Shown here: positions 41,740 to 53,688 of the stretch, piece by piece | Layout: every line of letters starts with the position of its first letter | Position numbering within the stretch: the first letter of the stretch is position 1 | Origin: the human T2T-CHM13v2.0 reference genome, Homo sapiens | Strand: one strand, 5' to 3' | NCBI RefSeq assembly: GCF_009914755.1 | Contig: NC_060925.1 | Length of the DNA: 64,000 bases | Position numbers and translations under genes: made by a program | The notes under the pieces: generated by a model | What the model saw: only the letters and a program-made list of their open reading frames with translations | Databases searched by the model: none | Told to the model about the DNA's origin: nothing

Positions 41740-43270
41740 TAATAGTTAAGAGTCAGCAGAGGCCTCATTGGGAAGGTGGCATTTTGAGCAAAGACCTGAA
41801 GTGGGGATGAGTGTAAAAGTTATGGGAATTTTTGGGTTGGACCATTCCAAGAGAGGGAACAAGCAGAGCAAAGCTGTGGAAGGAGGGACATGCCTGACAC
41901 TCTTGAGGACTAGCAGGGAGGTTGAGGTGGCTGGAGCAGAACAAATTAGGAAGAAGTAAGTTAGAGATGATATTAGAGATTTAATGAGGGGTCAGTTCAT
42001 GCAGGCCTTGTAGGTCTTTGTAAGAATTTTGGTTTTTAATCTAAGAGGTTCTACTTAGGAAGACACTAAGGATTTTGAACAGAGCTGTCATGCAATCAAA
42101 CATGGACTTCATGAGTATCATCCTGGCTGCCAGACGTATAGATGGTAGTGAGCAAGAGCATAAGAATACATCTCACTGAAGAGGCTATTTGTAATATCAA
42201 GTAAGTGGGGGCCAGTAATAATCAAGTAAGAAATGGTTAAATTCTGAATATGTTTTAAAGGCAAAGCTAACAGGATTTCCCAGTGCATTGTAGGTAGAGT
42301 ATGAAAGAGAAGACCCAGAGTTGACTCCAAGGCTTTTGACCTGAGCAAAGGGAAGGATAAAGTAACCATTTTATTGGTTGAGGAAGGCATGGAGGGGAAG
42401 ATAAGAATTCATATAATGAATGTCAATTAGACATTTGCTATGTTAGTTAGATAACCAAGAGGAGATTGTCAGGATATTTGAACAGAAGTTTGGAATTACA
42501 GGAAGAGTTCATGGCTTGAGATATATAATTTGGTAAGTCATCATCATATAGATGGCTAGGAGTGCAAACGGAGTGAGAATAGATATAAAAGAGAAAACCC
42601 TGGGATACCAACATATGAGGCCAATGAGTAAAGGAGAAATCAACCAAGGAGACAGAGAGTGACCAGTAAGGTATGAGGAAAACATTGAGATTATGGTGTC
42701 TTGAAAGTCAAAGGAAGTAATTTTTAAGAGTTAAAGGTGAAATAAGATGAGAATTAAAAATCGGCCATCGGGTATAACAATATGGCAGTCATCAGTAATT
42801 GCACAATTGAAGTTTCAGTGAACTTGTCAGCACTAAAGCCTGACTTAAGTGGGCTTATAAGGAAATAGAAGAGGAATTAGAAACAGTGAATAAAAGAACA
42901 TTTTCAAAAAGTTTTGTGGTAAAGGAGAACAGATAAATGTAGCAATAGATAAAAGGTAAGTAGAATCAAGAGAAGATTTTTAAAGTAATTTAAATGAGAG
43001 AAAAATTTGTTGTATGTGATGGGATGACCCACTAGTGAAGGGAAAACTATGAAGTGGATGAAAGAGAAAAAAATTGCTGGAGTTTTGTCCTTGAATATGT
43101 GAAAGAGGAGAATCTAGTTCAAAAGTGAAAGAGTTGAACTTGGAACAGAGACAATCTATAGTAATGGGAGGGGATGCAGACTATGTGGGTGCCAATACTG
43201 GTAGGTGGGTAGATGGTAGCAGAGTCTATGGGCATTATCCTCTAACTACTTCAATTTTCCCAATGAAGAA
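41740..43270 (-). mobile_element. L2 fragment, boundaries approximate
   Basis: Purine-rich plus strand with typical L2 antisense motifs (TTTGAGCAAAGACCTGAAG; GACTCCAAGGCTTTTGACCTGAGCAA). Confidence 0.7.
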
Positions 43271-45197
43271 AACAAGACCATTTACCATGAGTGATCTTTT
43301 GATTCTTCAGAGTAACACCCTGTAGTACCCTTCTTCTGCTCTTAGAACGAAATCTAATAATGGTCAATGAGATCCTATTTGATGTAACATTCTCCCTATT
43401 TTTTTCATACACTAGACTAGACATTATTCTGTTCTTCTAACACAACAAGTTCACACTTCTGGGCCTTTGCAGGTGCTGCTCCTTCTGACTGAAATCTATT
43501 TTCTCTCTCTTTGTACTTGGATTGCTCTTTCTTATGCTTCAGCTTCATCCTTCTATGAGTGGTCTTTCTTGATAATTGAACAATATGGCCACCATCATCC
43601 CCAGGTTCTTGTTATATCACCTTGTTTAGTTCCATATCATAATTACTAAAAAAAGTTCAATATTGCCTTTTCATTTATATCTTGATATTATATCCTTCCC
43701 AGGAGAATGTAAACTTCTTGAGTTCAGATAAATATTTTTTATCATGTTCAGCAGGATATCTCCAGGAATGGTGTGATGACTAACTCGCATAATTTTACTT
43801 GTTGTAAATGAATGAGCAAGACCAGAAGGATATCCCCATGCCCTCTACCCAGGCTGCCATTTTTTTTTCTCAGAAATATAGTAATGTCTAAACATGTTTT
43901 AAAGTCTCCAAGAATATAATGAATATAATTGTTGGGCCAATGTAGGGGTCTATAGTTGTAAGACAAAGGAGATTTACCATTAAATACGAGAAAAAGGCAA
44001 AGCTGTACCTGTCTGAATGCCAAAACATAATTTTAAAGTACCAGTGCTTCATTGTAAAAGAAAGAAACAATAAAAAAAATAAAAACAAAACAGGAGATAG
44101 TGGTAAACCAAATGTTAACAATGTTTTTCTGAGTGAGTGCATATAGAGGATTTAATTTTTGTTACATATATTTTTCAAATTTTTTGTGATATATATTTAT
44201 ATCATAGATGGAGAAAAAATAGCCATAGTTAATATCAATCCATTATTTAAAAGAAGATATGCCCCAACCTAGTTAACGCATGCCCCCATCACATCTCCGG
44301 TCACACTGCTTCTCTCCTCTATGACTTCAGCATTGGCTCAGTTTTCTTTTCAATCATAATCCCTTTTTGGCAACTCTAACATCCTCAATAATGACTCATC
44401 TCTGAATCTGGCTTTACTTTAACTTCCTCAAATGCAATGCCCTTCACCTCTACTTCATTTATTCAACATTCAGCATAGTTACACCTACTACTTCATAATC
44501 TTCAGAATGATTTCCAAGATTCTAAATCTAAATCCTGCACTCTCTGACCACAAACTGGTTACTTCCCACCTCTTCCACTTGTCACATCAATGCAATCACT
44601 CCTATGCCGCTACACAATGTCCAGTCTCTTGGTACCTTCTTATTCCCAGATATTTTCAATAGTTTCATTTCCCTCATCAATGAAATTTGATCATCCATTA
44701 CAAAGCCATACTCCCTGGGTCACATAGGGTTCTTCACATCCCCAGTCCTCTTCTGTATGGCTATCCCAGTTCCCACTTCTGGATAAATCTTATCATCTTA
44801 TGTCTCTAATACTTCTCATATCTCTAAGATGTTTCTGAGAGATGTCACTGAACACACTGAAAGAGTCTAGTATAATTTCAGGTTTTCCAGTTTGAACTGG
44901 GCTTTTGGAACTTTTCAGCCATAATTATGTTGTTCCTTTGTGACTCTCTTCATTATATTGATTTGTTTTTCCTTCTTCTCCTTTCATAGTTTGGACAATT
45001 CTCTTGAGGAACCAAGTAAGGGTTTACATTGAAGCCCTTAGAGCTTCCTCTTCTAAACTCCTACAATGCTCAGGATTTGTTCAATGGGTACTGAGATCAA
45101 TCTGATTGTCATACTAACCTATTTTGTTTCTTCCGTCCTTCCCTGCTACCGACCCTATATGTTTTCTGCATTTAATTTTTATCTAAATGCTTCTCAG

Positions 45198-45559
45198 TGA
45201 TATGGTTTGGCTATGTCCCCACCTAAATCTCATCTTGAATTGTAGTTCCCATAATTCCCACATGTTGTGGGAGGGACCCGGTGGGAGATAATTGAATCAT
45301 GGGGGCAGTTTCCCCCTTCTGTTCTCATGGTAGTGAATACGTCTCATGAGATCTAATGGTTCCATAAGGGGTTTCCCCTTTCCCTTGGCTCTCATTTCTG
45401 TCTTGTGTGCTACCATGTAAGATGTGCCTTTTGCCTTCTGCCATGATTGTGAGGCCTCCCCAGCCACATGCAACTGTAAGTCCATTAAACCTCTTTTTCT
45501 TTACAAATTACACAGTCTCGGGTATGTCTTTATCAGCAGCATGAAAACGAACTAGTACA
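45198..45559 (+). mobile_element. THE1-type MaLR solo LTR
   Basis: TGATATGGTTTGGCTATGTCCCCACC...ACTAGTACA. Flanks CTCAG/CTCAA. Confidence 0.88.
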
Positions 45560-46431
45560 CTCAATTAAATTATAAAATCAGAATTTAACTATAAAATAGA
45601 TTTCTCTGTAAAACAGAATGTGACTGGTCAGGAGGCAGAAAAAAAAACAAAAAAATCTTCTGGACAGAGTGACTGAGGGAACAGAGAAGGAAGACTCTGT
45701 TCCCTCAGATATAATGTTGGGAGAAATAGGAAGTATGGAGTCTTCCACTTCCCTAATTCAGAATTCCCTGCCTGATGGAATAAGGATAAAAGGAAGTAGA
45801 AATGTGCAAGCTCTCTGAAGGAGGGGCCCTGACCCCTGTTTTCAAGGTAGAGTCCCAGGTCGGGGGCAAGACCAGAGCAAAAAGAAAGACTTTGGTGTCT
45901 GTATTCAGGCAGGGCCACAGAAAACCTTGTAAAGATTTCAGTTGCCCAAGTGTGATGTAGAAGCACTGAGGATACCCACTGAATGTGGAAGGGTTGTCTC
46001 AATAGTTATCCCTTTGCACAGAGAAAGAAAGCATCCTGGGTGGCCACACTCCAGATGCTAAGGAACTAGGTAAGACCCCAGAAGCTTTTACATAATTAGT
46101 AGAGGTGGGGGGACCCCCAAAGTGACTGTGATTTACTTACTACCAAGTTGCATGGGAGTAAAGTCAGATATTAAACTGAATTATAGAAATAAAATCATAA
46201 CTGTACACAGAGATAGAGACATACATATATGTCTTGAAGACTGAAATTTATGAATGCCACATACTCAACCAGCACCTCACCTATGCTTATCATAACCACA
46301 CAGACAAGATTTTCAGAACCTAGGTACAATTGAAATGTTTTCTAAGTTTTTAAGATAAGCTAATTCACACCAAAAAAGTAGTTTGTTAGGTCAGATTTCT
46401 GGTTTGGGAAATCTGACTGCTATGTCATCAC

Positions 46432-46844
46432 TGTCAGGCCTCTGAGCCCAAGCTAAGCCATCATATCCCCTGTGACCTGCACGTACACATCCAGATGGCC
46501 GGTTCCTGCCTTAACTGCTGACATTCCACCACGAAAGAAGTGAAAATGGCCTGTTCCTGCCTTAACTGATGACATTGTCTTGTGAAATTCCTTCTCCTGG
46601 CTCATCCTGGCTCAAAAGCTCCCCCACTGAGTACCTTGTGACCCCCACTCTGGCCTCCAGAGAACAACCCCCCTTTGACTGTAATTTTCCTTTACCTACC
46701 CAAATCCTATAAAACGGCCCCACCCCTATCTCCCTTCGCTGACTCTCTTTTCGGACTCAGCCCACTTGCACCCAGGTGAAATAAACAGCCATGTTGCTCA
46801 CACAAAGCCTGTTTGGTGGTCTCTTCACATGGACGCACATGAAA
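46432..46844 (+). mobile_element. 5' LTR7
   Basis: Starts TGTCAGGCCTCTGAGCCCAAGCTAAG, ends CATGAAA. Contains TATAAAA followed by a GC/GT-box-like CCCCACCCC, and AATAAA. Directly followed by the PBS. Confidence 0.95.
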
Positions 46845-46846
46845 TT

Positions 46847-46864
46847 TGGTGCCGTGACTCGGAT
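46847..46864 (+). promoter_or_regulatory. Primer binding site for tRNA-His
   Basis: TGGTGCCGTGACTCGGAT, the reverse complement of the 3' 18 nt of tRNA-His(GTG) including CCA, 2 nt after the 5' LTR. Confidence 0.93.
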
Positions 46865-47324
46865 CGGGGGACCTCCCTTGGGAGATCAATCCCCTGTCCT
46901 CCTGTTCTTTGCTCTGTGAAAAAGATCCACCTACGACCTCAGGTCCTCAGACCCACCAGCCCAAGGGACATCTCACCAATTTTAAATTGGGTAAGCAACC
47001 TCTTCTTACTCTCTTCTCCAACCTTTCTCACTATCCCTCAACCACTTTCTCCTTTCCACTCTTCAATCTCTCCCTTCTCTTAATTTCAATTCCTTTCATT
47101 TTCTGGTAAAGACAAAGGAGACATGTTTCATCCGTGGACCCAAAACTCTGGCGCCAGTCACGGACTGGGAAGGAGCCTTCCCTTGGTGTTTAATCATTGC
47201 AGGGACGCCTCTCTGATTATTCACCCCTTCTCTGCCTTTCTGGGGGGCAAGAAACCCCCAACCTCTTCTCCTTCACCCTTAGCAGCAAGTCCCACTTTTC
47301 TGGGGGAGGGGCAAATATCCCAAC

Positions 47325-47455
47325 CTCGTATCTCTGTGCCCCAATACCTTATTTCTGTGCCCCGACCTCTTATCTCTGCACCCCAATCCCTTATTTCCAC
47401 ACCCTGACCTCTTATATCTCTGTGCCCCAATCCCTTATTTCCATGCCCCAACCTC
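47325..47455 (+). repeat. Degenerate ~21-nt tandem repeats in the HERV-H leader
   Basis: About six units alternating tatctctgtgccccaat(a/c)cct and tatttc(t/c)...ccccgacctct types. Confidence 0.75.
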
Positions 47456-48554
47456 TTTCCCACTTTTCTGGAGGGTAAGAACCCCTGAACCCCTTCCCTC
47501 CGTGTCTCTACTCTCTCTTTTCTCTGGGCTTGCTTCCTTCACTATGGGCAACCTTCCACCCTCCATTCCTTCTTCTCCCTTAGCCTGTGTTTTTAAGAAC
47601 TTAAAACCTCTTCAACTCTCACTTGACCTAAAATCTAAGTGTCTTATTTTCTTCTGCAATACCGCTTGACCACAATACAAACTCAACAGTAGTTCCAAAT
47701 AGCCAGAAAACAGCACTTTCAATTTTTTCATCCTGCAAGATCTAAATAATTCTTGTCGTAAAATAGGCAAACGGTCTGAGGTGCCTGACGTCCAGGCATT
47801 CTTTTACACATCGGTCCCTTCCTAGTCTCTGTGCCCAGTGCAACTCGTCCCAAATCTTCCTTCTTTCCCTCCCACCTGTCCCCTCAGTCTCAACCCCAAG
47901 CGTCCAAGCGTGGCTGAGTCTTTCTAATCTTCCTTTTCTACAGACCCATCTGACCTCTCCCCTCCTCCCCAGACTGCTCCTCGCCAGGCCAAGCTAGGTC
48001 CCAATTCTTCCTCAGCCTCCGCTCCTCCACCCTATAATCCTTTTATCACTTCCCCTCCTTACACCCAGTCCGGCTTACAGTTTCGTTCCATGACTAGCCC
48101 TCCCCAACCTGACCAGCAATTTACTCTTAAAAAGGTGGCTAGAGCTAAAGGCATAGTCAAGGTTAATGCTCCTTTTTCTTTATCCCAAATCAGATAGCGT
48201 TTAGGCTGTTTTTCATCAAATATAAAAATCCAGCCCAGTTCATGGTCGCTCGGCATCAACCCTGAGAAGCTTTACAGCCCTAGACCCTAAAAAGTCAAAA
48301 GGCTGTCTTATACTCAATATACATTTTATTACCCAATCTGCTCCCGACATTAAATAAAACTCCAAAAATTAAATTCTGGCCCTCAAACCCCACAACAGGA
48401 TTTAATTAACCTCACCTTCAAGGTGTACAATAATAGAAAAAAGTTGCAATTCCTTGCCTCCACTGTGAGACGAACCCCAGCCACATCTCCAGCACACAAG
48501 AACTTCCAAATGCCTGAACTGCAGCGGCCAGGCGTTCCTCCAGAACCTCCTCCT

Positions 48555-50950
48555 CCAGGAGCTTGCTAAAAGTGCCAGAAATCTGGCCACCAGGCCAGGG
48601 AATTCCTGCAGCCCAGGATTCCTCCTAAGCCACGTCCCATCTGTGCCGGACCCCACTGGAAATCGGACTGTTCAGCTCACCTGGCAGCCACTCCCAGAGC
48701 CCCTGGAACTCTGGCCCAAGGTTCTCTGACTGACCCCTTCTCGGCTTAGTGGCTGAAGACTGACACTGCCCGATCGCCTTGGAAGCCCCCTAGACCATCA
48801 CGGATGCCGAGCTTTAGGTAACTCTCACAGTGGAGGGTAAGTCCGTCCCCTTCTTAATCAATACGGAGGCTACTCACTCCACATCACCTTCTTTTCAAGG
48901 GCCTGTTTCCCTTGCCTCCATAACTGTTGCAGGTATTGACGGCCAGGCTTCTAAACCTCTTAAAACTCCCCAACTCTGGTGCCAACTTAGACAATACTCT
49001 TTTAAGCACTCCTTTTTAGTTATCCCCACCTGCCCAGTTCCCTTATTAGGCTGAGACACTTTAACTAAATTATCTGCTTCCCTGACTATTCCTGGACTAC
49101 AGCTACATCTCATTGCTGCCCCTCTTCCCAATCCAAAGCCTCCTTTGCGTCCTCCTCTTGTATTCCCCCACCTTAACCCACAAGTATAAGATACCTCTAC
49201 TCCCTCCTTGGCGACGGATCATGCGCCCCTTAACATCTCATTAAAACCTAATCACCCTTACCCCTCTCAATGCCAATATCCCACCTCACAGCATGCTTTG
49301 AAAGGATTAAAGCCTGTTATCACCCGCCTGCTACAGCATGGCCTTTTAAAGCCTATAAACTCTCCTTACAATTGCCCCATTTTACCTGTCCTAAAACCAG
49401 ACAAGCCTTACAAGTTAGTTCAGGATCTATGCCTTATCAACCAAATTGTTTTGCCTATCCACCCCATGGTGCCAAACCCGTATACTCTCCTATCCTCAAT
49501 ACCTCCCTCCACAATCCATTATTCTGTTCTGGATCTCAAATATGCTTTCTTTACTATTCCTTTGCACCCGTCATCCCAGCCTCTCTTTGCTTTCACTTGG
49601 ACTGACCCTGACACCCATCAGGCTCAGCAAATTACCTGGGCTGTACTTCAAAGCTTCACAGATAGCCCCCATTACTTCAATCAAGCCCAAATTTCATCCT
49701 CATCTGTTACCTATCTCAGCATAATTCTCATAAAAACACATGTGCTCTCCCTGCTGATCGTGTCTGATTAATCTCCCAAACCTCAATCCCTTACAAAACA
49801 ACAATTCCTTTCCTTCATAGGCATGGTTAGTGCGGTCAGAATTCTTACACAAGAGCCAGGATCTCACCCTGTAGCCTTTCTGTCCAAACAACTTGACCTT
49901 ACTGTTTTAGCCTAGCCCTCATGTCTCCGTGCAGCGGCTGCTGCAGCCCTAATACTTTAGAGGCCCTCAAAATCACAAACTATGCTCAACTTACTCTCTA
50001 CATTTCTCATAATTTCCAAAATCTATTTTCTTCCTCATACCTGACGCATATACTTTCTGCTCCACGGCTCCTTCAGCTGTACTCACTCTTTGTTAAGTCC
50101 CACAATTACCATTGTTCCTGGCCCGGACTTCAATCCAGCCTCCCACATTATTCCTGATACCACACCTGACACCCAAGACTGTATCTCTCTGATCCACCTG
50201 ACATTCACCCCATTTCCCCATATTTCCTTCTTTCCTGTTCCTCAGCCTGATCACGCTTGATTTATTGATGGCAGTTCCACCAGGCCTAATCACCACACAC
50301 CAGCAAAGGCAGGCTATGCTACAGTACAAGCCACTAGCCCACCTCTTAGAACCTCTCATTTTCTTTACATCATGGAAATCTATCCTCAAGGAAATAACTT
50401 CTCAGTGTTCCATCTGCTATTCTACTACTCCTCAGGGATTATTCAGGCCCTTCCCTACACATCAAGCTCAAGGATTTGCCCCCACCCAGGACTGGCAAAT
50501 TAGCTTTACTCAACATGCCCCTAGTCAGATAACTAAAATACCTCTTAGTCTAGGTAGACACTTTCACTGGATAAGTACAGGCCTTTCCTACAGGGTCTGA
50601 GAAGGCCACCGCAGTCATTTCTTCCCTTCTGTCAGACATAATTCCTCAGTTTAGCCTTCTCACCTCTATACAGTCTGATAACAGACCAGCCTTTATTAGC
50701 CAAATCAGCCAAGCAGTTTTTCAGGCTCTTAGTATTCAGTGAAACCTTTATATCCCTTACGGTCCTCCATCTTCAGGAAAAGTAGAACGGACTAAAGGTC
50801 TTTTAAAAACACACCTCACCAAGCTCAGCCGCCAACTTAAAAAGGACTGGACAATACTTTTACCACTTTCCCTTCTCAGAAGTCAGGCCTGTCCTCGGAA
50901 TGCTACAAAGTACAGCCCATTTGAGCTCCTGTATAGACGCTCCTTTTTAT
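48555..50950 (+). pseudogene. Decayed HERV-H gag-NC / pro / pol remnants
   Basis: Broken CCHC knuckles (C*KCQKSGH; PICAGPHWKSDC). Protease with degenerate active site (FLINTEATHS, ORF 48830..49054). RT N-terminal part (YKLVQDL...SVLDLKYAFFTIPLHP...FAFTW, ORF 49208..49771) lacking YXDD. Integrase piece (CSIC...QDWQI, ORF 50265..50600). Confidence 0.9.
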
Positions 50951-51562
50951 TAGGCCCCAGTCTCATTCCAGACACCAGACCAACTTAGACTGTGCCCCAA
51001 AAAAACTTGTCATCCCTACTATCTTCTGTCTAGTCATACTCCTATTCACCGTTCTCAACTACTCATACATGCCCTGCTCTTGTTTACACTGCCAGTTTAC
51101 ACTGTTTCTCCAAGCCATCACAGCTGACATCTCCTCATGCTATCCCCAAACTGCCAGTCTTAACTCTTGAAGTAAATAAATAATCTTTGCTGGCAGGACT
51201 ATGCTGAATCTCCTTAGGCACTCTCTAATCAGATGTCCTGAGTCGTCCCAATACTTAGACCTTTTATACCTGTTTTTCTCCTTCTCTTATTCCATTTAGT
51301 TTTTAATTCAAACAAAACTGTATCCAGGCCATCACCAATAATTCTAAATGACAAATGTTTCTTCTAACAACCCCACAATATCACCCCTTACCACAAAATC
51401 TTCCTTCAGCTTATTCTCTCCCACTCTAGGTTCCCACGCCGCCCCTAATCCCGCTCGAAGCAGCCCTGAGAAACATCGCCCATTATCTCTCCATACCATC
51501 CCCCAAAATTTTCGCTGTCCCAACACTTTACCACTATTTCATTTTATTTTTCTTATTAATAT

Positions 51563-51575
51563 AAGAAGACAGGAA
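51563..51575 (+). promoter_or_regulatory. Polypurine tract
   Basis: AAGAAGACAGGAA immediately before the 3' LTR. Confidence 0.85.
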
Positions 51576-51988
51576 CGTCAGGCCTCTGAGCCCAAGCTAA
51601 GCCATCATATCCCCTGTGACCTGCACGTACACATCCAGATGGCCGGTTCCTGCCTTAACTGCTGACATTCCACCACGAAAGAAGTGAAAATGGCCTGTTC
51701 CTGCCTTAACTGATGACATTGTCTTGTGAAATTCCTTCTCCTGGCTCATCCTGGCTCAAAAGCTCCCCCACTGAGTACCTTGTGACCCCCACTCTGGCCT
51801 CCAGAGAACAACCCCCCTTTGACTGTAATTTTCCTTTACCTACCCAAATCCTATAAAACAGCCCCACCCCTATCTCCCTTCGCTGACTCTCTTTTCGGAC
51901 TCAGCCCACCTGCACCCAGGTGAAATAAACAGCTTTATTGCTCACACAAAGCCTGTTTGGTGGTCTCTTCACACGGACTCACATGAAA
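51576..51988 (+). mobile_element. 3' LTR7
   Basis: 413-nt copy of the 5' LTR; first base is C instead of T. Confidence 0.95.
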
Positions 51989-53688
51989 GTCACTACAATA
52001 GAAATTGGGTATTTTCTTTTGGTTTTAAAAATCTGAAAACTGTAAACATAATACAAAGAAAACCATTGTGATTAAATAGCTTTTTTGAGTTCCAAGTTGT
52101 TTTTATGCCTGTACTGTCCATCCCAAAGTGGATTATTCTCAATGTATTTCCATAAGAAGATGAAATGTTACTAGTGTTCTTTGAATAATAAAGCATGAAA
52201 AAAGAGAGAGAGAAGAGAACCTAATTTGACATGTGGCAGAGAAAGTTGCATGGTGATCTGATTGGGAAATTCTTGGTAAAACAGGAGGAAATGATGAGGG
52301 AAAGGGAAAAAAATGGAGAAGAGGAGGAGGCATCAGGTTGGGCGTGAGGGGAAGGAGTAGTCATGTGTAAAATGTATGAATGGAATGAGAGAGTTTTTAA
52401 AAACAGTTAATAAAAAGAAATGAAAAAAAGATTGGTTACAGGGAAGTGAGGCTGATAAATTCTTTGAGAGTGAAGCCATAAACAAAGCCACCAATTTGAA
52501 ATTTAAAGCAAATAGGAAAGTAATGACAACTCTCCTCCTAGCTTAACTGCAACTGATTTGGTAATATGTCTCCACAGATGTGATTAGGCACTTCAAGGGC
52601 AACACAAATGGATCAATGGATTCAAACAATTGCAGGTATGTACACAAATCTGAGTTGGGTAAATGGAGGGTGGGGAAACCCTGAAAACATAAGGCCACTG
52701 TTTGTAAGAGCCCCTGAGCAACAACATCTTGTTTTCCATTTGCTTGATTGCATCATTTGCATAAGATCAAACACAGGGAGTTGTGGACAGGGAAAAACAG
52801 ATCACTCTAATATGCATTAGAAATGGATCCACAGGCATTATCCTTAGACGTGTTACAAGGAAATGCATCCCAGTGCATGGAAACCTTACCGATTACTGTC
52901 AAGCAAACTATAATTTACAATACTGGCCATGAATTATGTGCTATTTTACGATTGATTTCATGCTGTTGTTCAGAGAATTTCATTGATCTCAATTTACAAA
53001 ATGAACCAGTAAGTAGGTGATGATTTTCTTTAAACTCATGGTGTAAACTGAGGAATTTATATCTTCTTATTTGTTTCTACCATCAGAAAATTACATAGCA
53101 CTTTTTTGCTTCTTTATGATCTAATACATATTGTCTGGGTCTTCTTCCGAAAACTTCTTAATATTTCATAAATTAAAAACACAGCTTTTTCCTGGTTTTC
53201 CTTTCTTCTCTCTGTGCAACCTTCCCACAAATCATCAATTAGATGTTTAAAAATTTTAGAGCAATATAGGTAGCACTGACCACATCATCTTGCTATTTGG
53301 TATTCCAACCTGAGAACCTCTGCTAGGTTATGGTTCAGTGAGAACACATCTTCGGCAGCAAACCTAAGGGGTGATATGTTTCTCGTAGATGCCTGAAAAG
53401 CAATGAGCTGCGCCAGAATGCATGTGGAATATCAGGTTGCATTCATCTCTGCCATTGTGTAGCCCTGGCTCCACAATTGCTTGCTCAGCATTTTGATTCC
53501 AGGAGAACCAGATTCTGACCTTATAATTAATAAAAACAGGGGCTTTATTCAGCCTGAACATCCTTGCTCTCCTTTTCCTCATAGGAGCCTTAACCTTGCA
53601 ACATGCTTTTCTTTGGCCAGATGAGCAATTAACCATCACTGAGATCCAGTCCTGTGCTTTCAAACTGATCTGTAGAGTTGAAATCACT

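Larger units (their letters stand above)
46432..51988 (+). mobile_element. HERV-H provirus (LTR7-internal-LTR7, 5557 nt, internally deleted, coding-defective), antisense to USH2A
   Basis: Two 413-nt LTRs with 8 mismatches, tRNA-His PBS, polypurine tract, decayed gag zinc knuckles, protease, RT and integrase remnants. 5-bp target duplication with one mismatch: ATCAC (46427-46431) / GTCAC (51989-51993). Confidence 0.96.

Noticed and set aside
47325-47455. Regularly spaced repeats as a CRISPR-like array
   Set aside because: Degenerate tandem repeats without unique spacers, inside the HERV-H leader of a eukaryotic genome.
49208-49771. 187-aa reverse-transcriptase-like ORF as a functional RT or novel retroelement system
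   Set aside because: Standard deleted HERV-H pol: no YXDD motif, surrounding stops and frameshifts, degenerate protease active site.
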